Source of the DNA: an uncultured Alphaproteobacteria bacterium
Lineage (GTDB): Bacteria; Pseudomonadota; Alphaproteobacteria; UBA7985
Direction of reading: 5' to 3'
Assembly: GCA_905479265.1 (NCBI GenBank)
Contig: CAJQLX010000006.1
Coordinates: 2,621 to 66,620 of the forward strand
Length of the DNA: 64,000 nt
The notes below the pieces were generated by a model. It was not told the origin of the DNA. It was given only the letters and a program-made list of their open reading frames with translations, and did no database searches. Positions 1 to 10,290 of the stretch are shown piece by piece. The position numbers and the translations under genes were made by a program. Positions within the stretch are counted from its first letter, which is position 1. Every line of letters begins with the position of its first letter.

Positions 1-1173
1 CAGCAAGGTCTGCCCCTGCAAATCACGCTTTCCCGTGATGGCAGGCGGGCGATGGTCGGATTGAGCCTTGAGCACCAAGCTCGCAGCTTGATCTTCAACC
101 AAGGGCCGCTTTTCTTCGACGATCAGCACTTCGTCGCAACGCAGGGCAAAATCGGTGAAAGACTGAGGCTCCAGCGGCCAAACCTGAGCGACTTTGAACA
201 AGCCGATGCCCAGTTTTTCCAACTCGGCTTCATTCATGCCTAGCATCGCCAAAGCGTCACGGGCTTCGAGATGACCCTTGCCGACGCCAACGATACCCAG
301 CCGCATCCGCCCTGTTCGCGCGCCGTGGCTTTGGTGATTGATGCGGTTGGCGCGGGTGAAGGCTTGGAAAGCCGGCAGTTTGTGCGACCAGAGCCGTTCT
401 TCCTGCGCCTGCATGGAATCAGGATGGCGGATGGAAAGCCCATCGGGCGGCATGTCAAAGTCAGTAGGCGTGACGAATTGCAACGCGTCGCCGACCAAAG
501 ACACGGCACCAGAACTTTCGACCGTATCCGTCAAACACTTGAGACCCGCCCACGTGCCGGCATAGCGGCTCGCCGCATAGCCAAATAAGCCCAGCGGCAG
601 AAAGTCATGAATACTCGCAGGATTCAGAACGGGGATCCCCATCCCGATCAGCATAGGTTCAGACTGGTGCGCCGTCGTCGAGGACTTGGACGTGTGATCA
701 TCACCTAAGGCCATAAGCACGCCGCCATTGGGTGAGGTTCCAGCAAGGTTCCCGTGCTTGAAAGCATCACCTGAACGGTCCACGCCCGGCCCTTTGCCGT
801 ACCACATGGAGAAGACGCCGTCGTAGGGCGTTGGGTCGAAAATACCGACCTGCTGCGTGCCCCAGATGGAGGTGGCCGCGAGGTCTTCGTTCAACCCTTC
901 CTGAAATTTGATGTCGAGCGGTTCGAGGTGCTGTTTCGCGCGCCAGGCGGTCAAATCGACATTGCCCAAGGGGGAGCCTCGGTAACCGGTAACAAAGCCG
1001 CCGGTATGAAGTCCCGCGGCTCGGTCCCGTCGCGCTTGATCAATGGTGATACGCAGCAGTGCTTGCGTGCCGGTCATAAAGGCGACACCGGTCGACTGAC
1101 TGAATTTATCATCCAGCGTTACAGAAGACAGTCTTTCCGCCTGTATAGCGTCCAAAGGCGTTCCGTCTGGCAT
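1..1173 (-). CDS. Indolepyruvate ferredoxin oxidoreductase family protein (fused type), 3'-truncated by window edge
   Basis: Manual translation from ATG at 1173: MPDGTPLDAIQAERLSSVTLDDKF...MTGTQALLR...GGFVTGYRGSPLG, then ...FQEGLNEDLAATSIWGTQQ...WYGKGPGVDRSGDAFKHGN, typical of the family. Absent from the ORF track because it runs off the window. Confidence 0.9.
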   Translation of the reverse strand, partial: MPDGTPLDAIQAERLSSVTLDDKFSQSTGVAFMTGTQALLRITIDQARRDRAAGLHTGGFVTGYRGSPLGNVDLTAWRAKQHLEPLDIKFQEGLNEDLAATSIWGTQQVGIFDPTPYDGVFSMWYGKGPGVDRSGDAFKHGNLAGTSPNGGVLMALGDDHTSKSSTTAHQSEPMLIGMGIPVLNPASIHDFLPLGLFGYAASRYAGTWAGLKCLTDTVESSGAVSLVGDALQFVTPTDFDMPPDGLSIRHPDSMQAQEERLWSHKLPAFQAFTRANRINHQSHGARTGRMRLGIVGVGKGHLEARDALAMLGMNEAELEKLGIGLFKVAQVWPLEPQSFTDFALRCDEVLIVEEKRPLVEDQAASLVLKAQSDHRPPAITGKRDLQGQTLL

Positions 1174-1244
1174 TGATCTCTCCCTCAAACAAACACCGCC
1201 TTTTGGCTGAAAAAGCGGGTTTTATGGGGGAAGAGTGCCTGATC

Positions 1245-2195
1245 TCAGAGGTTCAGTCTATAGGCTCGGGATGCCGCACCGGTTCGGATTTCAGATTGTT
1301 CATGATCGCTTAATTCGCCTAACCATTCATTCCAGATATCAACGACTTCTGAGTAAGATTTGAAAAGCTTATCGACAGGAAAATTACTGCCCAGCATCAC
1401 CCGAGACGGCCCAAAGGCGTCGACAATCGTCTGAAAAATGACGCGGCAATTCTGTGCGCTCCAGTTTGGATGATACATGCCCAAGCCTGATAGCTTGATC
1501 GATACATGGGGCAGTTTAGACAGCTTCCACACGGCATCGGCCCAATGGGACAATGCCGGTTCAGCGGCTGGAACCGCGCCGCGCTTGGCCGCGTCGAACA
1601 GGAAATAGGGACCGGCGCAGTGGTCGATGATGACGGGGATATCACTGTGTTTGGCGAACAGCGCGACGGCGTCATCGGCTTGATCGGGGTAAAGCTGCAA
1701 GTCGAAGGAAGCGTTATATTTCGCCAGCAGCGCAAAGTTTTGCTGCCACCCGCTTTCCTGCATTAACTCCATGGGCACAAAGCTCATCTCTGGCGCCGCT
1801 TGGGTGCGCGCGACGATATGCCGAATGCCGCGAAAGCCGGGAAGGGCGGCGTGCGCGGCCAGGGTTGCTTCCGCATCATCTCGGCGAAGATTGGCAAAGC
1901 CAACCCAAGCGTTTGGTACGCCCAGCCCCGGTTCTTTGGTGGCTTGTTCTGCAATCCACGCGCTCTCCGTCACCGGATCGGGCAAAGCCCCGTCTGCTTG
2001 CACATGAACCGACGCGATTGCGCCTTGTGCAGCGGCTTCTGTCCAAAACTCATCTTTGACGTAATCGCGTTGGATGGGCGTTGGGTCGCCAAACGGTTTC
2101 GGTTCCCCGATCTCCCGCAGCCATCCATATTTCAGCGTTTGCGGCTCCCACAAGTGGTGGTGGGCATCGATGAATTTTGGCTTGCTGGCGGTCAT
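1245..2195 (-). CDS. Amidohydrolase_2 family metal-dependent hydrolase (sugar-lactonase-like)
   Basis: IDAHHHLW metal motif, IIDHC, KLSG, GSNFPVD; start at MTASK has an upstream purine-rich RBS. Confidence 0.85.
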   Translation of the reverse strand: MTASKPKFIDAHHHLWEPQTLKYGWLREIGEPKPFGDPTPIQRDYVKDEFWTEAAAQGAIASVHVQADGALPDPVTESAWIAEQATKEPGLGVPNAWVGFANLRRDDAEATLAAHAALPGFRGIRHIVARTQAAPEMSFVPMELMQESGWQQNFALLAKYNASFDLQLYPDQADDAVALFAKHSDIPVIIDHCAGPYFLFDAAKRGAVPAAEPALSHWADAVWKLSKLPHVSIKLSGLGMYHPNWSAQNCRVIFQTIVDAFGPSRVMLGSNFPVDKLFKSYSEVVDIWNEWLGELSDHEQSEIRTGAASRAYRLNL

Positions 2196-2330
2196 CTCGT
2201 TTTCATTCCTTCGTTTCAGCCTTGCAGACACGGGAGTTGTCACGTGTCAAAGGCCTTTGTAGTGAGAAAAGTCAAGGCGAGACGGGCGTTTTACCATCGC
2301 TAGTCAACGATCCGCGAAGGGATGTACTCC

Positions 2331-2960
2331 ATGATACGCATTTACGGGGATTGCCTCTCAGGCAATTGTTATAAACTCAAGCTCGTCACCGAGCTTTTAG
2401 GCACCCCGCATTCGTGGAAATTTGTGACGTGGACCGACGGCGGTACGCGCTCGGAAGACTTCCTGAGCAAGGTGAACCCCGCCGGTAAAGTCCCCGTGCT
2501 GCAAACAAACAAGGGTGAAATGATCCCCGAAAGCGGCGCTGCGCTCTATTACCTCGCCCGTGACAGCCATCTCTGGCCTTCCGGCGAAACCGATCGTGCG
2601 CAAGTGCTTCGTTGGATGTTTTTTGAGCAGTATAGCCACGAGCCTTATCTCGCCGTGTCTCATTCCATCACCAAGGGCATTTACAAGATCGATGACCCGG
2701 CTTCTAAGCTGGCGGAATTGCGTCCTGACGGCGTTCGCGCGCTGGAGACGATGGAACGGCATTTGGCGAGCAATGATTGGTTCGTCGCGGGCGCGCCGAC
2801 CATCGCTGACATATCGCTCTATCCCTACACCCACACAGCACCCGCCGCTGGTTTCGATCTTGATGGCTACCCAAATGTCATGGCCTGGATTGGACGCGTG
2901 GAGCGTTTGTTGGGTTTTGTGTCCATAGAAGACGCTATCGCCCAAACCACACCAGCGTGA
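2331..2960 (+). CDS. Glutathione S-transferase family protein
   Basis: SGNCYK, NPAGKVPVL, ESGA, WMFFEQYSHEP, TIADISLY. Confidence 0.92.
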   Translation: MIRIYGDCLSGNCYKLKLVTELLGTPHSWKFVTWTDGGTRSEDFLSKVNPAGKVPVLQTNKGEMIPESGAALYYLARDSHLWPSGETDRAQVLRWMFFEQYSHEPYLAVSHSITKGIYKIDDPASKLAELRPDGVRALETMERHLASNDWFVAGAPTIADISLYPYTHTAPAAGFDLDGYPNVMAWIGRVERLLGFVSIEDAIAQTTPA

Positions 2961-3006
2961 TAGAGCTTAGCGCCCCGATCGTTGATCATCTTGCCAAGAG
3001 GCTGAA

Positions 3007-3711
3007 ATGACCCCCCATATCGAAGCGGCTCCCGGCGATTACGCCGAAGATATTTTGTTGCCGGGTGATCCCGCGCGCGCAGAATGGATTGCTGAGACTT
3101 TCCTTGAAAACGTGAAAATCGTGAACCGGGTTCGGGGCGCGACAGGGCTTACAGGGATGTATAAAGGCCGACGAGTTTCCGTTCAGGCCACCGGTATGGG
3201 CATGCCGTCTGCTGCAATCTACATCAACGAATTGCTGATGGAATATGGCATCAAGCGGATGATCCGTGTGGGGACGTGCGGCGGTCTTAACGCCGACTAC
3301 AAAGTCCGTGACATTGTTTTGGCTCAGGCAGCTTCCACCAATTCGGCGCAAAACGCGGCGCTGTTCGGGCAATACCAGTTCGCCTCAATTGCTGATTTCG
3401 GTTTACTTCGCAAAGCGGCGGACGAGGCCGAGAAAGCCGGGCTGCGGACGGTGGTCGGGGGCATCGTGACCGATGATAACTTCTATGACCCTCTTGGCGG
3501 TGCCCCTTATGAAGTCCTGAAGAAGCACGGGACGGTCGCCGTTGAAATGGAAACAGCAGCGCTCTACACCATCGCTGCGCGCTACGGGGCGAAGGCACTG
3601 ACGGTGGCAACGATTTCGGACTGCCTGATCACGCACGAGCAGCTTTCATCCGATGCGCGGCAGGAAAGCCTCGTTGAAATGGTGACGCTGGCTTTGGACA
3701 CTTTGGGATAA
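3007..3711 (+). CDS. deoD: Purine-nucleoside phosphorylase (DeoD type)
   Basis: MTPHI, LLPGDPARA, GMGMPS, RVGTCG, VEMETAALY, TISD. Confidence 0.95.
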   Translation: MTPHIEAAPGDYAEDILLPGDPARAEWIAETFLENVKIVNRVRGATGLTGMYKGRRVSVQATGMGMPSAAIYINELLMEYGIKRMIRVGTCGGLNADYKVRDIVLAQAASTNSAQNAALFGQYQFASIADFGLLRKAADEAEKAGLRTVVGGIVTDDNFYDPLGGAPYEVLKKHGTVAVEMETAALYTIAARYGAKALTVATISDCLITHEQLSSDARQESLVEMVTLALDTLG

Positions 3712-3739
3712 GCCAACCCCTTGCGATGACGGCATAAAC

Positions 3740-3780
3740 AAAAGGCCCATGAGCGTGTTGCGCTCATGGGCCCTTCTTTT
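3740..3780. terminator. Bidirectional intrinsic terminator
   Basis: 12-bp stem GGCCCATGAGCG/CGCTCATGGGCC flanked by A- and T-runs between convergent genes. Confidence 0.8.
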
Positions 3781-3785
3781 CAGGG

Positions 3786-6284
3786 CTACTCTGGCTTCAG
3801 CAGCAACTTTCCCGTTCGGCTGATCTCTGCGTCCCGTCTCATTGACGAAAAGCGGAAATATTCGCCCTTGGACCACGGCTCGATAAAGCTGTCATGCAGC
3901 CCGGAGAGCGGGTTTCCGCTTTGGCCGTTTGCCGTCATGAACAGGCTGTTATCCAAATCGCCCAAGTCGAAGACGTGGCGCAGCGATGCACCGGAGCCCA
4001 TCGATAGCATCTCGTCATCATCACTGAATGAGCCACCACCGACGTTAACCGTAAATGGGCCGCCGGGTGCTTCGATATCATTTTGGAAGAACGCGCGAAC
4101 AATGCCGCCAACGCTTTCAAATTGGTGGGACATGGTGGCGGTGTGGACGTCGCCCCAGCGCCAGTCCTCATAGTTCGTGCCAAGCCGTTTGGTCAGCCGT
4201 TTTGTGGCTTCATTAAAGGCCTGCGTAACGATGGCTTTGCATGCATCGCGCCCCTTTGGCTCTGGATCAGCAACAGCATCCCCGCACCAGCGTGTTGACC
4301 GGCCATCCAACAGGGCTCTGAGCAATTCTGGCTTTGTGTCCCACGTGCTCACCGCGGCCGAGTCCTTAGGTCCAAGCTTGAGCTGGTCCCATTCATCCCG
4401 GTAAAGACCCTTGTTGATCTCCCGTATCCAGGTCAGGAACATCGTCATTTCCCAACCATCAACATGGGTATCAAAGCCGTCCCACAGATCCAGCTCCGTG
4501 AGAATTTGCGCGTCAACAGCCGTCTCGTCGGTTGCGTCGATCAGGCGGGGCAAAATGTCTTCGGCAAACGTGCTTTTGGTATCGGTTTGGATGGCAGCAT
4601 TGGTCGCGAGCGTGTGTTGGTTGGTCTGGCCCAGCAGCGACCAAATCCGGTTTCCACGGTAGGGTGCGCTCCACTCCGACGTGATGAAGTGCCGATAATC
4701 AGGTAGGTTGGTTTCGAGCACGTTTTCGTTTGCCGTCACCACCATGCCAGAGGCGGGGTTGTGCACCTGCGGCAATTCCTCGAACGGAAGGTAGCCTTGC
4801 CAGTCGTAAGCGGCATCCCAACCCAAGCCGGGAACAAACCCGCGCGTCAGGTTGCCTTCACCGCGCACCGGGATGCGCCCCGGGGCGATATAGCCGATAT
4901 TCCCATCAACATCAGCATAAACCATGTTTTGCTGCGGCGAGACGAAATCTGCTGTTGCGTCGAGGAATTCTTGGGCCGACTGCGCACGGTTCAGGGCACT
5001 TGCCGCGTTCGCCGTGGTGTCTGTGTCGTCGAGCGCGGTCCAGCGGACGGAGAGCACGTACTCATCACCCAAATAGCGACGGACCGAGCTCAGCACGTCC
5101 GACATCACCGGACCATGGCGGGTTTCTCGAACCTTGATCCGAACATTGTCGCCGCCCTTGACCGCAATCTCTTCGATGCGGGTATTAAAGGTCTCAATAC
5201 CGGCGGGCGTAACGTAGGATCGCGGCTCATCCGGTGCGATCTTTTCGACATAGTAGTCTTTGGTGTCGGGCGCCGTGTTGGTGAAGCCCCAAGCCACCTT
5301 ATCCGTTCGGCCCAGCACCACGAAGGGAACCCCGGGGAAGGTTGCGCCCATGACGTTCAACCCTTCGTCAGAGACCAAGTGTGCGTAATACCAAACCTGC
5401 GGTGTTTTCAGACCCAAGTGTGGGTCGTTGGCCAGGATTGGCTTGCCGCTGGCGGTGTGCTCGCCCGATAGAACCCAATTGTTGGAGCCGATGCCCTCGA
5501 ACAGCATCCCAGCAGGCTGGAGGCGGTTCAGCTCTTCGCTTGGCAGTTCGATGGCGGCTTGCTCGAAAGACAGCCCCTTATTTGGTTCCATGCCGTAGAA
5601 TTCTGGAATGTCGGGAATATCCAAGGGTTCCGCGCCGGGGTAGGGGGGCCAGAATTCCATCATGGTCTCGTGGTCGACGATCTGAGAGATGGCAAAGCGG
5701 TCCAACTCGCGCCAGCCGGAAGACCCGCCAAGATCATAGGACATCATCTTCAACCAACCTAAACTATCAAGGACAGTCCAAGGTTCGAGTTCGTCAGGTG
5801 ACCGCAGCAGGAATTCCGGGGGCAAAGAGCCGCGCCGATTGGCCATGAAGGAATTGACGCCCAGTGCATAGGCCTCCAACTCCTGCAAAGTCCGATCATT
5901 CAAGGACGACAACCCCGCTTCCGCAGCCTTAGCGAACCCCATCGTTCTGAGGAATTTGTCGGAAGACAGCGTTTGATCCCCGAACACTTCAGAAAGCCTG
6001 CCGGCGGCGGTTCGGCGGTTGATTTCCATTTGCCACAGTCGGTCCTGCGCATGAACAACGCCCAGCGCAAAGAACGCATCGGCGTCGGTCTTGGCGTAAA
6101 TATGGGGGATGCCGTGCTGGTCACGCAAAACCTCAACGTCGGCGCTTAAGCCCGCTAAAGTCATGGTTCCATTGGTCTGCGGCAGGCTGGTTCGCAACCA
6201 CAGAAACAGGGCTCCGGCGGCCAAAACGCTAACGAAGGCAATCAGAAAGAAAAAACGGAAGATCCAGCGAATGGTCTTCACCAT
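3786..6284 (-). CDS. Penicillin acylase family Ntn-hydrolase with N-terminal membrane anchor
   Basis: GIPHI, HAQDRLWQM, GIG/SNNW autocleavage Ser, ANDPHL, GQSGNP. Confidence 0.93.
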   Translation of the reverse strand: MVKTIRWIFRFFFLIAFVSVLAAGALFLWLRTSLPQTNGTMTLAGLSADVEVLRDQHGIPHIYAKTDADAFFALGVVHAQDRLWQMEINRRTAAGRLSEVFGDQTLSSDKFLRTMGFAKAAEAGLSSLNDRTLQELEAYALGVNSFMANRRGSLPPEFLLRSPDELEPWTVLDSLGWLKMMSYDLGGSSGWRELDRFAISQIVDHETMMEFWPPYPGAEPLDIPDIPEFYGMEPNKGLSFEQAAIELPSEELNRLQPAGMLFEGIGSNNWVLSGEHTASGKPILANDPHLGLKTPQVWYYAHLVSDEGLNVMGATFPGVPFVVLGRTDKVAWGFTNTAPDTKDYYVEKIAPDEPRSYVTPAGIETFNTRIEEIAVKGGDNVRIKVRETRHGPVMSDVLSSVRRYLGDEYVLSVRWTALDDTDTTANAASALNRAQSAQEFLDATADFVSPQQNMVYADVDGNIGYIAPGRIPVRGEGNLTRGFVPGLGWDAAYDWQGYLPFEELPQVHNPASGMVVTANENVLETNLPDYRHFITSEWSAPYRGNRIWSLLGQTNQHTLATNAAIQTDTKSTFAEDILPRLIDATDETAVDAQILTELDLWDGFDTHVDGWEMTMFLTWIREINKGLYRDEWDQLKLGPKDSAAVSTWDTKPELLRALLDGRSTRWCGDAVADPEPKGRDACKAIVTQAFNEATKRLTKRLGTNYEDWRWGDVHTATMSHQFESVGGIVRAFFQNDIEAPGGPFTVNVGGGSFSDDDEMLSMGSGASLRHVFDLGDLDNSLFMTANGQSGNPLSGLHDSFIEPWSKGEYFRFSSMRRDAEISRTGKLLLKPE

Positions 6285-6347
6285 GGAGGAGGTCCACTTC
6301 AGGTTAAGTCAGTTTTAGGGTGGCCGCCCGTCAGGCCGGGTAAAAAG

Positions 6348-6992
6348 TCACAGCTCAGGCCGATCCAAATCCACAAAGCCCCTGTTGGATTTTGAATAGG
6401 CATAGAAGCGCCAGGGCCCACGAGGGTCGTCGCGCTCAAAACGAATTGGACGTGCATTCGCAAACACGTTTTGGGTCAGGTATTCCGGTTTCCCCATCAG
6501 GTCCAAAAGCGCTCGGAGCACGCCGCCGTGGGCAACCACGAGGGTGTTTTCCGACTGCACTTTGGTTTCGGTGGCAACCTTCACACGGGTATAGAAGTCG
6601 TCGATGGTTTCTACCCCCTGTGGGGGGCTGTACCAAAATTTCATGAATTCCTTTGCGCGCGTCGTTGGGTCTTGGCTCATGCTTTGCGGAACCGGCGTGC
6701 CTTCCAATTCATCAAAATTTCGCTCTACAAAGCCATCGTGAAACGTCGGCTCAAACCCAAAATGCTCTGCCGTCGGCGCTAGGGTTTGGCGCACGCGGGT
6801 CATCGGGCTGGCGACAATCCCACTCAGCGGTTCACCCGCAAAAATCTCAGCGGCTTCCCGGGCTTGCTGTAATCCATTTTCATTGAGAGGAACGTCAAGC
6901 GAGCCCTGAAACACACCTTTGGCATTAGACGGTGTCTGGCCGTGACGCAGGAAGTAAAACCGGTGCACCGGCAAATCTAATTTTGTTGTCAT
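6348..6992 (-). CDS. Histidine phosphatase (phosphoglycerate mutase-like) family protein
   Basis: LRHGQT, SPMTR, VAHGG motifs. Confidence 0.9.
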   Translation of the reverse strand: MTTKLDLPVHRFYFLRHGQTPSNAKGVFQGSLDVPLNENGLQQAREAAEIFAGEPLSGIVASPMTRVRQTLAPTAEHFGFEPTFHDGFVERNFDELEGTPVPQSMSQDPTTRAKEFMKFWYSPPQGVETIDDFYTRVKVATETKVQSENTLVVAHGGVLRALLDLMGKPEYLTQNVFANARPIRFERDDPRGPWRFYAYSKSNRGFVDLDRPEL

Positions 6993-7079
6993 GGCTATAT
7001 TTTAGCCTGCCTTGCTGCGAGGTAAACCGGTCATTTGTTTGCGGTGGGTTCTAGCGGGTCATTGAGGGGTCTGTTTGCG

Positions 7080-7709
7080 TCACCAGCGCTTGTGCTGCCG
7101 GTCATAGTCGTTTGTGAGAATATAAAGGTCTTCGCGCAAATCCAGATCTCGATTCAGCAGCGCCTTCCCACCAAAAAAGCCTTCTCGCAAGTCCGGGTGT
7201 GGGGACTTCAGGATTTCCTTGGGCTCGGTGCCACTGTATTCGGCAATCAGCGAAAGGGCATAGCCCAGTTCAACAGTTGTTAGCAGTTCAGGGGCGCCCA
7301 GTGGCCGGACTGGTTCTGCTGCATTGGGCGTAAAGAGGCAGCCCAGACCCACAATCAAAGCCAGCATTTGCGGTGCCTTGGCTGTGCCAGCCCACCAGAC
7401 AGGTGGCCGGTGGTCAGCCAGCACCATCAGTCGTGCACCAACCCGCAAACCAGCATTCAGCGGTGTCTGAGGCTCGGCCGGACCAAGTGTGTCAGCCAGT
7501 CCAAGGCGGCTCCAAATTGTTTCGGCGAAGGGAATGTGGCGGTAAGCGAGCAGGTCTTGGACAGTACAAAGCCGGCGTTGCCGTTCTTCGACCCAGCGTC
7601 CGATGGGTGAGGGTGAAACGTTACTCAAGCAGTTCAAACCCCACAGAAGCCCATCTTCAATGCATTCCATCTCCCGCGACGACAGCCGAAGCGCTTTGCG
7701 GCGAGGCAT
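7080..7709 (-). CDS. Hypothetical protein
   Basis: About 209-aa ORF filling the gap between confident genes; AT-rich region upstream; no recognised motif; start uncertain (7709 or 7730). Confidence 0.55.
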   Translation of the reverse strand: MPRRKALRLSSREMECIEDGLLWGLNCLSNVSPSPIGRWVEERQRRLCTVQDLLAYRHIPFAETIWSRLGLADTLGPAEPQTPLNAGLRVGARLMVLADHRPPVWWAGTAKAPQMLALIVGLGCLFTPNAAEPVRPLGAPELLTTVELGYALSLIAEYSGTEPKEILKSPHPDLREGFFGGKALLNRDLDLREDLYILTNDYDRQHKRW

Positions 7710-7831
7710 GATGAGACCTAGGAAATTCAAACGATTAGCTCCTTATCTGTCTTAAGCTAAATCCTAAAATTTTGCACAAATGTCAATTAGATAAGGTTTG
7801 ATTTATTTTCACAAAACCACATTTGTAGGGG

Positions 7832-8752
7832 ATGACAGGCCTGCCGCTGGTATTTTCACAACGCTATCAAGCATCGATTTCAAGCCGTCACCGGTTTCCA
7901 ATGGGAAAGTACGGTGCGGTGCATCGCGCCGTCCAAGCCCGCGATTGGTCCACCGAAGTCGAGTTCCACAACGCCTCGCCAGCCCGTCAATGTCAGGCAG
8001 AGCAGGCGCATGATCCGCACTATGTTGAGCGTCTGATGACAGGCGCGCTAACGGCCCAAGAGGTGCGGGACATCGGTTTGCCTCAAAATCCGAGTGTTGC
8101 TGCTCGTGCCTTTGCGTCTGCGGGTGGAACCTTGCTGGCCTGTGAGCTGGCATTAAAACGCGGTTTGGCCGCGTCTATGGCGGGGGGGTCGCACCACGCC
8201 AACCGTCAGGGCGGAAGGGGGTTTTGCGTCATGAATGACGTGGGCGTTGCCTTGTCTGCGCTGCTGCTGGAACCGCAAGGGATCCAGCATGCGCTGGTTG
8301 TTGATTTGGACGTTCATCAGGGCGATGGGACAGCCGAGATTTTTGCGGGAGACCAGCGTGTTTTCACAGCAAGTTTGCATTGCGAGGACAACTACCCGTT
8401 CACCAAAGCCGTCTCAGACCTCGATCATGGGCTGGCAAAAGGCACCGGAGACAGTGGGTATTTGCAAGCCCTCGACGCGTTGCTGCATCGCTTGGATTCA
8501 ACAGCGATCCACAGCGACCTGATTGTCTACAACGCGGGGGTAGATCCGCACGAAGACGACCGCTTAGGGCGCCTAAACCTGACCGATGCAGGACTGGCTG
8601 CACGAGATGAAATGGTGTTCGAGTGGGCGCGGGCGCACAGAAAGCCCCTTTGCCTCGTCCTGGGCGGAGGCTACGATCGAGATATTGAAGTCATTGCCGA
8701 GCGTCATGCCAAGGTATTTGACCGCCTGCATGCCGCTTTTCAACACCGCTAG
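7832..8752 (+). CDS. Histone deacetylase family protein (AcuC/AphA-like)
   Basis: HRFPMGKY, GGSHHA, GFCVMND, DLDVHQGDGT, GVDPH, GGGY. Confidence 0.93.
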   Translation: MTGLPLVFSQRYQASISSRHRFPMGKYGAVHRAVQARDWSTEVEFHNASPARQCQAEQAHDPHYVERLMTGALTAQEVRDIGLPQNPSVAARAFASAGGTLLACELALKRGLAASMAGGSHHANRQGGRGFCVMNDVGVALSALLLEPQGIQHALVVDLDVHQGDGTAEIFAGDQRVFTASLHCEDNYPFTKAVSDLDHGLAKGTGDSGYLQALDALLHRLDSTAIHSDLIVYNAGVDPHEDDRLGRLNLTDAGLAARDEMVFEWARAHRKPLCLVLGGGYDRDIEVIAERHAKVFDRLHAAFQHR

Positions 8753-8762
8753 AGAGACACCG

Positions 8763-9296
8763 ATGCCCCGTATTTTTGAACTTGATGGAATTCGCCCAGA
8801 AATCCACCCTGACGCTTACATCGCGCCCGGCGCCGTCCTCATCGGTAACATACGTGTCGCCAAGGGGGCGTCGATCTGGTTCAACGCGGTGCTTCGCGGG
8901 GACAATGAGTATATCGATATCCGAGAGGACTCCAGCATTCAGGATGGCGCGGTTCTGCACACCGATGCAGGGTTTCCGCTGATTGTTGAAGAAGGCGTCA
9001 CGGTTGGGCACAATGTGATCCTGCACGGTTGTCATCTCAAGAAAGGCTGCTTGATCGGCATGGGGGCTTCTGTGCTTAACGGCGCTGTCATCGGTGAAAA
9101 TAGCCTCGTTGGAGCCAATGCCTTGGTGCCCGAGGGTAAAATCTATGAACCGGGAAAGCTGATCGTTGGCGCGCCCGCGCGTGTGATTAAGGATCTGGAC
9201 GAAAACGCACGAGCACGCATGGATGGCGGTGCGCAGTTTTATGTCGAGAACAGCGCTCGGTTCGCGAAAACTTTAAAGCCGGTCTCACGGGATTAA
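8763..9296 (+). CDS. Gamma carbonic anhydrase family (YrdA-like) hexapeptide-repeat protein
   Basis: IWFNAVLRGD, IQDGAVLH, VGHNVILHGC. Confidence 0.93.
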   Translation: MPRIFELDGIRPEIHPDAYIAPGAVLIGNIRVAKGASIWFNAVLRGDNEYIDIREDSSIQDGAVLHTDAGFPLIVEEGVTVGHNVILHGCHLKKGCLIGMGASVLNGAVIGENSLVGANALVPEGKIYEPGKLIVGAPARVIKDLDENARARMDGGAQFYVENSARFAKTLKPVSRD

Positions 9297-9335
9297 ACCG
9301 TTCCGCGCTAGCATATATAAAACGAAGGAAGATGA

Positions 9336-10205
9336 TTGATGACCAAAGTCGCCTTTTTGGGAATGGGCGTTATGGGTTACCCCATGGCAGGGCACCTTGC
9401 CGCCGCAGGGCATGACGTAACAGTCTATAACCGCACAGCCGCCAAGTCTGCGCAGTGGACAGATGAGCACAAGGGAACGTCAGAAGCTACGCCGCGCGAT
9501 GCGGCCAAGGGCCAAGCCATCGTGTTTGCCTGTGTCGGTAATGACGACGATTTGCGTTCTGTTTGCCTCGGACCAGACGGCGCTTTTGCGGGCATGGAAC
9601 CCGGCGCTTTGTTCGTCGATCACACGACGGTTTCCCCCTCGGTCACACGCGAACTGGCCGCTGCAGCAGCAGCCCAAGACTTGCGGTACGTCGATGCCCC
9701 TATTTCTGGCGGGCAGGCCGGCGCAGAAAATGGTGTGCTGACGGTGATGTGCGGCGGCGCACAGGGCGATTTTGACGAAGCTGAGCCCGTGATTGATGCT
9801 TATGCGAAGAAATGCATGCTTATCGGTCCCGTCGGCGCCGGGCAGCAAACGAAGATGCTTAACCAAATATGCATTGCGGGGTTGGTGCAAGCGCTGTCCG
9901 AAGCGGTTTCTTTAGGCCAAAAACTTGAATTGGATATGGACGCTGTTCTCGACGTGATTTCGGGCGGTGCCGCGCAGTCTTGGCAGATGGAAAACCGCGG
10001 CAAGACGATGGTGGCTGATGAGTTTGAGTTTGGCTTTGCGGTTGACTGGATGCGCAAAGACCTCGGCATTTGCCTAGCAGAAGCCAAGGAGAACGGTATG
10101 ACTCTGCCGGTTACGGCATTGGTCGATCAGTTCTACGGTGACGTTCAAAAGATGGGCGGGGGCCGATGGGATACCTCCAGCTTGCTGCGGCGGCTGACCA
10201 AATAG
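9336..10205 (+). CDS. Beta-hydroxyacid dehydrogenase (3-hydroxyisobutyrate dehydrogenase family)
   Basis: GMGVMGYPMA Rossmann motif, DAPISGGQAGA, KMLNQ, KDL. Confidence 0.92.
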   Translation: MMTKVAFLGMGVMGYPMAGHLAAAGHDVTVYNRTAAKSAQWTDEHKGTSEATPRDAAKGQAIVFACVGNDDDLRSVCLGPDGAFAGMEPGALFVDHTTVSPSVTRELAAAAAAQDLRYVDAPISGGQAGAENGVLTVMCGGAQGDFDEAEPVIDAYAKKCMLIGPVGAGQQTKMLNQICIAGLVQALSEAVSLGQKLELDMDAVLDVISGGAAQSWQMENRGKTMVADEFEFGFAVDWMRKDLGICLAEAKENGMTLPVTALVDQFYGDVQKMGGGRWDTSSLLRRLTK

Positions 10206-10290
10206 CCGCGAAGGGCCGTATTGGTATTCAAGTTATCCACAGACTATGATAGGCGTTATGCGATTGATGGTACTTTAGGGGATCCGTGCC

